Of a stretch of DNA of 64,000 nucleotides, positions 25,941 through 36,900 are shown in pieces; positions within the stretch are counted from its first letter, which is position 1; each line of letters opens with the position of its first letter. Location of the stretch: NCBI RefSeq assembly GCF_018350175.1, contig NC_058369.1:496001-560000 (forward strand). Reading direction: 5' to 3'. The position numbers and the translations under genes are program-made. A model generated the notes under the pieces. That model saw only the letters and a program-made list of their open reading frames with translations, ran no database searches and was not told the origin of the DNA. The DNA comes from Felis catus (lineage: Eukaryota).

Positions 25941-28900
25941 ATGCTCTTGGCGACCGCCTGCTGCCACGGTCAGTGGGGGCTGGGTAAGGGTGGGAGGGGC
26001 CGGGGCTGGCTCTGGGCCCACTGATCTCTCTCCCGTCCTCAGACCCCAGCTGAGGTTGCTGCCCCCCCGCCCCGCCCCGGGGCAGGAGGACGAGGAGGTG
26101 GCCCGTGTCGGGAGCGGGTGGCCCGAGGGGCCACCGAGGGGGACGTGCTGGTGTCGAGAGACCTGACCGAGGTGGGCACAGTGCTGGGTTGGGGGCTCCC
26201 GCTGGCCCACCCACCCTCTCAGGGACCTGAACACCTCCCAGGCGTGCTGTGGGCAGAGGGACGCCAGCTGTCGATCCCCCCTGGTGAGCTGAGAGTCCAG
26301 GGTGAAGGTCCTGAGGCAGGGGCAGTGAGGGGCTGCCCTACTGGGCGCCCACTGCCCTTTACTGAACAACTGAGCACAGGTGCCCGCGCGCTGAGCAACT
26401 ACTGACTGCCAGCGCTTGAGCCCCTGTTTCGGGCCAGCAAACGCTCGTTAAGCTCCTACTGCATGCTTTCGCTTACCGAGTCCTACTGTGTGTAGTAAGG
26501 TCTTGGGCCCTACGGAGACCAAGCCGATGATTATTGAGCACCTATGGGGTGGGGTGCCCACACACGTGGCCGCAACGTTAATCGAATACCTACTACGTTT
26601 GAGAACCAGTGGTACTGCTGAGTCTGAGGTGTGTGTGTGTGTGTGTGTGTGACCCGAGTAGTGCTCACAGCCGGCATTTATCGAGCACGCGCTTTGCACC
26701 AGTTCACATCCACGCAGCTGCTTGTGCCAGCCCACGTGCTGAGTGCTACGTATCGGTCACGCGCGGGGGGCCGACGCGGCTGGAAGCCAGCGTGGAGCGT
26801 CGGTGTCCGTCGCAGTCATTCCGCACTCGCTGGGTGTCTGTCTGTCGGGAGCCGTTCCGCTATTTACGGAGCGCTTGACAGGGTACCTGCTACGCCGGAA
26901 TTGTTTAAATTCATCCCGCGTGCCACCAACCGTTCCCGGCTAAGTGACAGCGTTATGTTCACCTGCTCGCCCTCGGGATCTGCCCCCGGGGAGCCCCCTT
27001 GCCACGGCCGTCCTGCAGAAACTTGGAACCCCACCCCGGGATTAGGGACAGTGGGGCAGGGATTTGAGACCTTGCTGAGTGCCGTCTGCGGGGCACCCGC
27101 GGTGTTTCGGGCCCGTGGGAGTGAACGGAGCAGGGAAGACGTCCACGTTTCGCAAGCTGGCGGGGGACGCGCTGCCCGGTGGTGGCGAGGCTGTGCCGGC
27201 TGGCTACAGGTGAGCGGGCTCGGGCCCCCAAGCCTGTGTGCGTCCCCACGCGGCGCTCTCCCAGGCATGACCGCCCACACCCCCGCATGTGGACCCGGCC
27301 CTGAGACGCCCCCCACCCGTCTCTTACCATGGTGCTCCAGGGTGGGTGAGCCTTGAGGCCCCTGTTTGCCACCCCCCCCCCCCGAGTGGCCAGGGCCTAG
27401 CCAATTTCCTGAGCCCCCCGTCCCCCATCCCCCATTGACAGCATGGCCGGGAACCTTCCACTGCGCACCACCACAGGGGCTAATGCCCTCAGTCGGACGC
27501 TGTCTTCGAGCTGCTGGCCGGCCACCAGCACCTGGAACTCTTCGCCCGAAGCTCAGGTTCCCCAGGTGACCTTCCCCTCCCTCCTTCCAGGATCACAGCC
27601 CTACCCTGGCTCCCTTGGCCCTGCCCCGAGTCAGGGTCCGCCTCTCTCCACTAGCCGCCCCCCAGCTCCCTTGCTCTGTACCTGCCCCCTTCCTACCGCA
27701 CCTGACTTTCCCCGGCCATGACCCCACCGCCCACTGAGGGCTTCCCGAACTTCTGGCCAGGTCACATCCCCCCTCTCTCACCCTGGCTCCACTCTCTTTA
27801 TTTACCTTCCCCCATTTTTACCCTAGTCCCCCTCCCGTGTACTGCCCCCCCCCACCCGCATCTGGTCCCTCCCCCTCCCGTGTACTGCCCCCCCTCCCTC
27901 CCTCCCGCCCCGCCCCACAGACAGCGAGCTTGGGCCCGGCGCGCCTGGGGCTCCTGAAGTTTCGGACCCACCTGAGGGCACCTACAGCGGAGGCAACAAG
28001 AGGAAGCTGGCGACAGCCGTGACGCTGGTGGGGGACCCGGCTGCGGTCTTTCTGGTGCGTGGGGGCGGGCCTGGGGGAGAGGGCTCGGGCTCGGCTGATG
28101 AGGGCATCGCCCCCTGAAGCCCCGAGGACGAGTCCACCACGGGCACGGACCCCGCTCCCGGCGCTTTCTCTGGAGTAGCCTCCCTCCCGGCCGTGGAGCG
28201 GGAGGGCCGCTCCGTGGTGCTTACCGCACCACAGGTGGGTCCCCAGCACCCGGGGCCCAGGGTCAAGGTGGGTCAGGCCCCAGCGGGAGGCCGTCAGAGC
28301 TGGAGCGGCCCCGACATTTGGGAGGAGGGCACGCCGGGGACGGTGATGCCCGGTCCCGGGGGCCCGAGCGGGCTGGGCTGGGGGGGGGCAGGGGGGGGCG
28401 GGCCCAGGTGGCCCCAGCCTGGCGGGAGCTGATGGCGCCGGGCCCCGGCTGCAAGGGAGAGTGTGTGGCGCTCCGCACGCGCCCGGCCATCAGGGTGACG
28501 GACGGGCGGGTCCGCTGTCCGGGCGGCGCGCAGCCCCTCGAGAGCAGGTGAGCAGGGCCACAAGAGCGCAGACACGGCCACGCGACGCCCACCTGGCTCT
28601 ACCCTGAGCGGAGGCGAGGCTCGAGGGCTGGCGGCGGGGCCGAACGGAACCAAGACGGGTCCCAGGGCTGCCGGACGAGGGTGGGTCCCGGGAAGGGGCG
28701 GGCCCGGGAGGGAGGAGGGCGGGGCCTGGAGCGGGCGCGGCCCGAGGGGGCGGGGCTAGGGAAGGGATGGGCCCACAGGCGGGCGAGGCCGGCAGGAGGA
28801 GGGGGGCGTCCCGAGGGGCCAGGTCTCGGGGGGCAGGGCCAGAGTGAGCTGGAGGGTGGTGTGGGCGGGCCTCGGGCGTGTCCAGCAGCCCCCCGGCCCC

Positions 28901-29445
28901 GCCCACCCACCCACCCGGGTTTGGCGCCGGCCACACGCTGACCCTGCGGGGCCAGCAGCGCGGTCCGAGTTGGCGGAGGCCTTCGAGGCGGCCGCGTTCC
29001 CGGGGGCCGCCCGCGGTTCCAGGTGCCGCCGGGAGGGCGCTGCGCCCTGGCTCGCGTCTTCGGAGAGCTGGCGTGGCGCGGGGAGGAGCGCGGCGGGCAC
29101 TTCTCAGGGAGCCAGACCACGTTGGCGCGGGCGCCCGCCGCGCCTGGACGGGGCTGAGGATAAGTGGGGCTGGGGGCCGGGCCGGGGGCTGACCGCCCCT
29201 CCGGCCGCCCTCCCCCGGTGCTCCTGTACTTCTCCAAGGACCAGGGGGAAGAGGAGGGGGACGGGTAGGAGGCGGGAGTGGGGGCAGGCCTCGTGACACG
29301 CCCACAGCACCCCGACTCCTCACTGGGCTCTTCGAGGACCCCAGCACCTCCTGTGTGGTGTTGCTGGGAGACTCCGGCAGCCCAGTCGCTGGCTCTCAGA
29401 GGATCCACCGCCCTGGAGGAAAAAGAGAACTCATGGGGTGAAACC

Positions 29446-29616
29446 GCGCGTGTGCGTGCGTGTGTGTGTGTGCGTGTGTGTGTGTGCGCACGCGCGCGCG
29501 TGCGTGCACACAGGCTGCAGGTCAGTCCAAACACGGCTCTCCATATGCGTCTGGACACTGGCCCCTGTTCCCCGAGTGTCCCCCACGTGTCCCCCACGTG
29601 TCCCCCACGTGTCCCC
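29446..29616. repeat. Alternating purine-pyrimidine (TG/CG)n tract plus ~4x 11-bp GTGTCCCCCAC repeat
   Basis: Read directly at 29446-29512 and 29576-29616. Confidence 0.9.
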
Positions 29617-30974
29617 CGACACTGGTGCAATTTTGTAGGGTACATGTGAGAGTCTGGCTGTGGCCGACTGGACCCCCAGCTCTGGGGGCCTCTGGTGGAC
29701 TGGGGACGGGGGGGTCTCACGTGCAAGGGTGGCCTTCTATAGAGCCTGGACACTGGTCACTGGCCCCCACGTGCCCATGTGGGCCTGGCGGCTGAGGGCA
29801 GTACCTAGGAGAGCCTGGTGGGGAGGAGGAGGTCAAGGCTGGGGAATGTTCCAGAAGACTTGGAAAAGCCCACTGGGGGTGGCCCAGACCTCAGGTGTCC
29901 TGACCAGGCCAGAAGTCTGCCAGCCAGCCCTCACCCCTGAAACTAGGCCCCAGAGCAATGGGTGCTAGGATCCTCAAGGGGCTTCCCAGCTGGGTGTGTG
30001 GATGGACCCGGGCCTGGAGAGGCGGGTTTGGCACCAGAGGCTGTGGTCTTCGGGCCCTTTGCCCTGTAGACCTGCCCCTCCCACCAGAGGTCAGTGGGGT
30101 CAGTGTTGGGGAGGCTAAGGGGTTGTTGGGGTTTGGGGATGGGGTGGGGCTCCAGAAGTGAGAAGAATGGGGGAGGGGAGAAGCCTCTGACTGGTGAGGG
30201 GTCTTCAAGAGAAAAGGTGGTTGGAGGAGGGGAGCGGGGGTCTGGGGAGGGGGGAAGAAGGCAGGGGTCCCTACACGTGGCTGGTCTCGTGGCTGGGTAG
30301 CCTCAGGCTTGTTTCCAAAGACGCCTCGTCAGCGCTGCTGCTTGGCAAGTGTGATGGTCTGTGTGTGTCCCCGGACTGTGGGAATAGGGCTGGGGACGGT
30401 GGCCTGGTGTGCCCTGTGCTGCCCGGTGGCCAGAGGAGGGAGGACGGGCGGCCTGGATAGCGTGTGTCCAAGCTCAGGGTCTGAGAGGGAAGCCCTGGCT
30501 TGTCCGTTCCACGTGCGGGCTTCATGACGTCCGAGCACGTGTCCTTGTGCACGCGTGTGTGCGTACTCCTGGCCGCGCCTGGGCGTCTGCGTGTGCCCTC
30601 GCCACGCACCGGGGCATCGGTGCAGGGCGCAGGCACCCTGGCCAGCACATGCGCAGAGCTCCCGAAAGCGGAAGCTGGGGGTGGCACCCGGGACCCCACC
30701 TTCAAGCCCACTGTGAGGAGGGCCAGGCTGAGGCCAGGGAGGGTGGGGGGCAGGTCTGCGTCTCTGTCACTCACCGCCTCCGGAGGCCTTTTCCTGTCGG
30801 AGGGAGGGCCCGCCAATGAGGGCTGGGCCTGTCACGTGGGCCTGACAGCTGGGGAGGGGGTGGCCGGCGGCAATGTGGCCCCGAGGCAGCCAGGAGGGAG
30901 AGCTACAGCCTTGAGACCCCCAGCCTGCGTGACCCCGGCCCGCCTGTCTTGGGCCACTGGGCCCAGGTCCCACC

Positions 30975-33900
30975 ATGTTCTCCAGGAAGAAGCGGGAGCT
31001 TATGAAAACCCCTTCCATCTCCAAAAAGAACCGGGCGGGAAGCCCCAGCCCACAGCCCTTGGGGGTGAGTGAGCCTCTCTGGGGAGCGCAGAGCGGGCGG
31101 GGGCCTTGGAGTAACCCCCAGGCGGCAGGGGCCCAGGGGCGCGCGCCTTGTGCTGGGGGCCCAGCAGCTCCATGCTGGGCAGGCGGGGGACTCACGCCAG
31201 CTACAGCCCCCACCGGGCTGGACTGCATGGGCCACGCAGGAAAGGCCGGGACCCTGGCGTTCAGCTCACGGTAGGAGCGCTTTGGGTCGACCCCCACATC
31301 CCTCTGCTTGGACCAGGGCCGGCCGTGGGGCCCGGGGAGTAGGTGGGAGGGTGCCCGGGTCAGGGCGGCATTGGGCCTGGGGCTCCGCAGGGCGGTGGTC
31401 AGGGAACCTGGGGGCAGTGGTGCCGTCGGGGTTTGAGAGCCATAGCACAACCACTGGGCCCAAGGGTTAGAGGTGCAGAGCACAACACGGGATCCGTGGG
31501 GCGTAGGGCCGGGGGGGTGCCTCTCGGGTCTGGAGAGCCACGAAGTTTGGGGATACTCTACAAGGCCTGGGCGTGTCCGTGGGGCTTGGGGGTCTACAGG
31601 AATCGACAGAGGTGTCTCCACCAGGGAGGAGGTGTGTGTGCAGCAGCCAGAGGGGGCTGCAGGGGCTGAGGACCCCCTCCCAGCCCTCCCTGCCCCACCA
31701 GGAAGTGGGGTGCCCCTCCCCCACGCCCTCGCAGGCCCCACCCCTGGCTGTGGTTTGGGCAAAGACGGTTGTTTGTGAAAGAGCTGGGGAAGAGGATGTT
31801 GGGTAACAGGTGTGGGCGGGGCAGGGCACCAAATCTCAGCCCTCTGACCTCTGGCCTCTGATCCCCGTGGGGTCAGGCCGAAGACCCTCCGGAGCCCCGC
31901 CGTACTTCTGGGGAAACTGAGGCGGTGCCCGGGCCGGAGCACCTGCGTCACCCTCCTCCCCCGCCCTCCCAGGAGCTGCCCAGGAAAGACGGGGCTGATG
32001 TGTCCCTCGGACCCAGCCTGGAGCCACCAGGCGCAGCCTCAAATGCCAAGGCCACGGGTACACTCAAGCGGCCCACCAGCCTGAGCCGCCATGCCAGCGC
32101 TGCTGGCTTCCCGCTGTCCGGATCCAGCACCTGGACGCTAGGCCGGGGCCACCGCAGCCCCCTGACCACCACCAGCCCTGCCGAGCTGCCCCCCGAGGGG
32201 CCGTGCCCCGACACCGTGGAGGACATCTCCCACCTGCTGGCCGACGTGGGCCGCTTCGCCGAAGGCTTGGAGAAGCTCAAAGAGTGCGTTCTGCATGAGG
32301 GTGAGAAGCGGCAGGGGCCCCGGGGCCTGGGTGGGGGGTCAGCGGGGCTCAGAAGGCGATGCCACCGCAGCTAGGGCTCCGAGGGGTGTGTAGGAGTTGG
32401 GTGGCCACCAGGAGAGAAAGGCACCGGGGCAGAGGGAACGTCACGTGTGCAAGCTCAGACCCAAGATGGAGATGTGCTTAGGGGAACAGGTTTCGGGGTG
32501 TGTGAAGCGTGTGGTGAAGGACCCCAGACGCGATCCTGCGGGCAATGGGGGACCACAGGAAGTGTCAGAGCCGGGGCTGGACAAGGTCCGCCCTGCAGGT
32601 TGGAACCCGCGTGGACTGGAGGTGGGCTGAGGTCTGGCCGGGGACAGATTCGGGGGGACGAGGGGGAGCCAGTGGCCTGCGGGATGGCAGTTCCGTTTTC
32701 TCCTGCGTGCGGCGCTGACGGCCCAGCTTCCTGCCGAGTTATTTTCATCCGCTTCCTGTTTGTCCCTGGCACCTCGTGCGCAGCCCGTGGCCCTGCCCGC
32801 TCCTCCCAGAAACCGCAGTGCCAGGACCGTGCCAAGTGCTCTGACCCGCTCCCCCAGGCGCCTGCTTTACAGATGAGGAAACAGAGGCCCCTCGTCGGGC
32901 CCTGACCCCCGGCTCTTCCAGCCAAGGAGGGGCGGGAGCTGGGATCCGACCTTCCCGGCGGCGGAGGCCTGGCCCTGCTGGTCGGGAGGTGGGAGCCCCC
33001 CAGGGTTATCTGGTCCAGGCGGGGGCCGGAGCTGTTTCCTGGGGAAACTCTCTAATCTCAGTTCCTGGTTCCTCTCGATCCTGATCCCTCTGCTTCCTTG
33101 GAGGCCGGGCCTGGGCGGGGCCGAGCCAGGCTGCGTCCTGAGGGAGGTTGGGCCCCGGGGCAGGGGCGCCCTTCTACCCGCTTTGGGCACCTGCGAGAGA
33201 GGATGTGGGTTGAGTCTGGGCCCTTCCCCCGCTGGGCCTCCTCCTCTGAGCTCAGGTGTCTCTTCTGTGAAATGGGGCCACGACGGGGCCTGCGGGGTAG
33301 CTGGCGGGGGTCTGATGTCCTCGGCGTATTGTGATGGTTGTGAGGACAGTAAGACCCACTCTGGGTGGAGCCCCAAGTGAGGAGACAGTGCAGGGTCCCC
33401 TGGTCCGGCTGGCAGCACGTCCGGGGCACCTGGGCTTTGCGGGGCCGGGGCAGGTGCAGGTGTGGGGAAGGACCTCCTCGGGAAGGGGTGTGCCTGTGCC
33501 CCCCGCCCCCCATGGCTGGCTTCCCTGGCTTCCTGAAGCTCCCCCCCCCCCCCCGTCGTCTTAGGCAGCGAGCGTGTGCTTGGGCGTGAGGTGCTGGGGT
33601 CGCCCCGGAGGTGGCTTTCAGTGGGGTCCTCCGTGCCCACGAGGCTCTACCTGGTGTCTTGAACGTCGTCTGCCAGCCTCGGAGTCAGGGCGCGGGGGCC
33701 GCGGAGGTGAGGCTGCCTCCGTGTCTCGTGTCTGCAGTCGGCCCTTCTCCTTCCACTGACTCCTGTGGTTCTAATGGCGTGTGTTTTGCACACAGTGTCG
33801 TCTGCACACACGGTGACGAAGACTGTGGGGGAGCGCCTGGCTGGCTCCGCCCGTAGACGTGTGGCTTTTTTGTATTTTTTTTTCTTTTATGTTTATTTTA

Positions 33901-36900
33901 AAGAGAGACAGAGAGTGAGCAGGGGAGGGTTAGAGAGAGAGGGAGACACAGAATCCAGTGTAGGCTCCAGGCAGACAGAGCCTGATGTGGGGCTTGGACC
34001 CACGAACCACGAGATCACGACCTGAGCCAAAACTGGGTGCTTAACCGACTGGGCCACCCGGGTGCCCAGAGTGTGTGCCTCTTGATCTTGGGGTTGTGAG
34101 TTCGAGCTCCAGGTTGGGTACAGAGATAACTTAAAACTAAAATCTTAAAAAAAACAAAACTGTTTATGGAGGGCACTGAAAGGCACGTTCCAAAACACAG
34201 ATCTGACCTTGCTCTGCTTTGCTCTAGCACCTTCTATGGCTCCCCATTGCCCTGGAGATAAGGCCACCTGGGGTCCTCCTGTCTGGAGTTCTCATACCTG
34301 CAGAGCTAGTGAACACAGAAAAGCTCCATCATCCTTGAGAACGCCCTGCCCCTCTCTGTGCCTCAGCTTCCTCATCCACAGAATGGGGATGATGACCGCA
34401 CCTGCCTCACGGGGTGGTTGGCAGGGGAGAGCAGATCGTGGCAGGAGGCAGGGCAGGTCCAGAGCTGGACAGAAACTTGAGCAGCCCTGTGAGTTTGTGG
34501 CAGGAAAGGGGCCTGGTGGGCTGCACGGAGGAGGGGGCACCAGGCCTGCAGCTTGAAGGACGAGCAGGAGTTTGGTCTCTCGAAGGACATGAAGAGAAAG
34601 TTCTGAGAAGGGACTGCCTGAGCCGTGGTCTGGCCTTTGTGGCCCTGGCCCGCAGCCCAGAGGGACTGTGCCTCACCTGAGGCCCCACAGTGGGCTTTGC
34701 CCTCCCCACCTCTGCCTCAGTCTCCCCATCCCGGGACAGGAGCCCTGAGGAGGGGGCAGGCCCCTGGCTCTCCTGGGGCCAGGCGCTTCCTCCCTGCTCA
34801 CACCCACCGTGCCCCACAGACCTGCTGGAGGCCCGCCGGCCCCTGGCCCACGAGTGCCTGGGGGAGGCCCTTCGTGTGATGCGACAGATCATCTCCAGGT
34901 TCCCGCTGCTCAACACCGTGGAGACGCTCACTGCCGCGGGCACCCTCATTGCCAAGATCAGAGGTCAGCCGGCTGGGGCAGGGTGGCGAGGGCTCCAGAG
35001 GCCCCGGGGAGGGCTGCCTGGGGGAGGGGGCGTTCGAAGCGGGTTGTGAAGGGCGCATGGCAGTTTGACAGGCACAGCTGCCCTCCTGCTCCCCTGGTCT
35101 GGGAGCTCCCTTCAGGTGGCCGCAGGCAGGGGTGGTCACCTCCAGAAGTGGGTCAGCCGCCTCGTCCTTGTCTCTGCCCGCCAGCCTTCCATTACGAGTG
35201 CAACAATGAGTCTGACAAGCGGGAGTTTGAGAAGGCCCTGGAGACCATCGCTGTCTCCTTCAGTAGCACGTGAGTGCCGTGGGGCTGCTGGGGCGAGGCT
35301 GGGGGGCCCGGGGCCGCATGTGTCTCGGCACTCACCCTGCCCTGCCCTGCCCTGCAGCGTGTCCGAGTTCCTCATGGGGGAAGTGGACAGCAGCACCCTC
35401 CTGTCGGTGCCCCCTGGGGACCCCAGCCAGGTGAGCAGGGTGGGGTGAGTCACTCCCGTGTCCTCTGGGGGCCGTCCCTCTCTGCCGGGGGGTAGAGGGG
35501 GGCGACTCACCCGCGTCCCCCGCCCACACAGACCATGGAGAGCCTGTACTCGCAGGGGAGCGAGGGTTCCACCCCCAGCACCGACGACTGTGACGGTGAG
35601 ACACGACGGGCGGGCGGGCGCTGGCCCAGTGGGCGGGGAGGGAGGGGGGCACCGGGCCGGGCTAAGCGGGCGCCCCGCAGGCTGCCTGCCCCCCGAGGAG
35701 GTGGACATGTTGCTGCAGCGCTGCGAAGGCGGTGTGGATGCCGCGCTGCTGTATGCCAAGAACATGGCCAAGTACATGAAGGACCTCATCGGCTACCTGG
35801 AGAAGCGGACGATGCTGGGTAAGAGCGGCCCGGGGTGCGGGGCTGGGGGAAGGCGCCGCCCCCACAGCCCCGCACTCACGCCGCCCCCGCCCGCCCGCAG
35901 AGATGGACTTCGCCAAAGGCCTGCAGAAGATCGTGCATAGCTGCAGACAGAGCGTCATGCAGGAGGTGGGGTCCCTGGGGCCTGGGTGTGCGTCTCCACG
36001 CCCCCCAGAGGGGCCACAGGGAAGGGGCCCCCCGCCTGCGCCGCGGGTGCCAGCGGCAGCTGACGGCCCGGGGAAGGGGGGCCGCCCAGGCCCTCCTCCG
36101 TGACCGCCGCCCCCACCCCGCAGCCGCACATGCCCCTGCTGTCCATCTACTCCCTGGCCCTAGAGCAGGAGCTGGAGTTCGGCCACAACATGGTGCAGGC
36201 GGTGGGCACGCTGCAGAACCAGACCTTCATCCAGGTGGGCCGGGCGGGCGGACGGGCGGGAGGACAGGCCGGGGGTGTGCCGGGGCCCCCCGTCGCTCAC
36301 GGTCTGTGCCCCCCACCAGCCCCTGAGCCTGAGGCGGCTTGAGCATGAGAAGCGCAGGAAGGAGATTAAGGAGTCGTGGCACCGTGCCCAGAGGAAGCTG
36401 GTAGGCCGGCGGGGACGGGGTGGTGGGAGGGGCCTGGCGCTGTGGCCTCCGGTGCCCGCAGGAGGCTGGCAGTGGCGCCCGAGGGGGGCGCGGGCCCTGC
36501 GTGGGAGAGATCCCGGGCTGCCACCCGCGGCGGTGCAGGGAGGAGTGGGGAGCCAGTGCGCCCCCCCCCCCCCCCCCCGCGCAGGCACAGCGGGTCTGGT
36601 GCGAGCGCCAGCTTCGTGTCTCTTCCCCCCAGTTTGGTTTTAGACTTTTCCAAAGCGGGAAGCATCTGTGTGTTTCCCAGCTACGTTAACGGGACCTTCA
36701 GTGAAAACCTCCACCCCCACCCCCACCCCCACCCCCACCCCCGCCTTCCAGCAAGCGCCCCTCCCCTTCCGTATGCTCGCCAGCGTGTCAGGCTGGCTCT
36801 TCTGCTCCTGGCCCTTTACACCCTGTCCCGTGGCCGGAGGCTTGGGCACCTCAATCGGGGGGCGGGGGGCGGGGGGGGCGCATCTTCGCTCCAGGTGCTC

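Larger units (their letters stand above)
15026..29360 (+). pseudogene. ABCA7: ABCA7 unitary pseudogene (ABC-A lipid transporter), intron-containing, in syntenic position
   Basis: Exon remnants MLLLWKNVLYRRRQP, HFPNKPLPSAGT, FWDPGPAADPLTDLRYVW, Walker A GHNGDGKA (20353-20376), [34 protein letters not shown] (21276-21413), NBD2 [12 protein letters not shown] (~27117-27152), [14 protein letters not shown] (~27977-28054). Frameshifts ~15030, ~15217, ~15506; stops 23472-74, 23934-36, 25437-39; splice-site losses and deletions. Confidence 0.93.

Noticed and set aside
15026-29360. ABCA7 lesions as sequencing errors or a processed pseudogene
   Set aside because: Lesions include substitution stops and large deletions, neighbours are intact, and introns and synteny are retained
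30500-30820. Possible upstream alternative coding first exon of ARHGAP45
   Set aside because: An ORF is present but I cannot fix a convincing start and donor from sequence alone; needs transcript data
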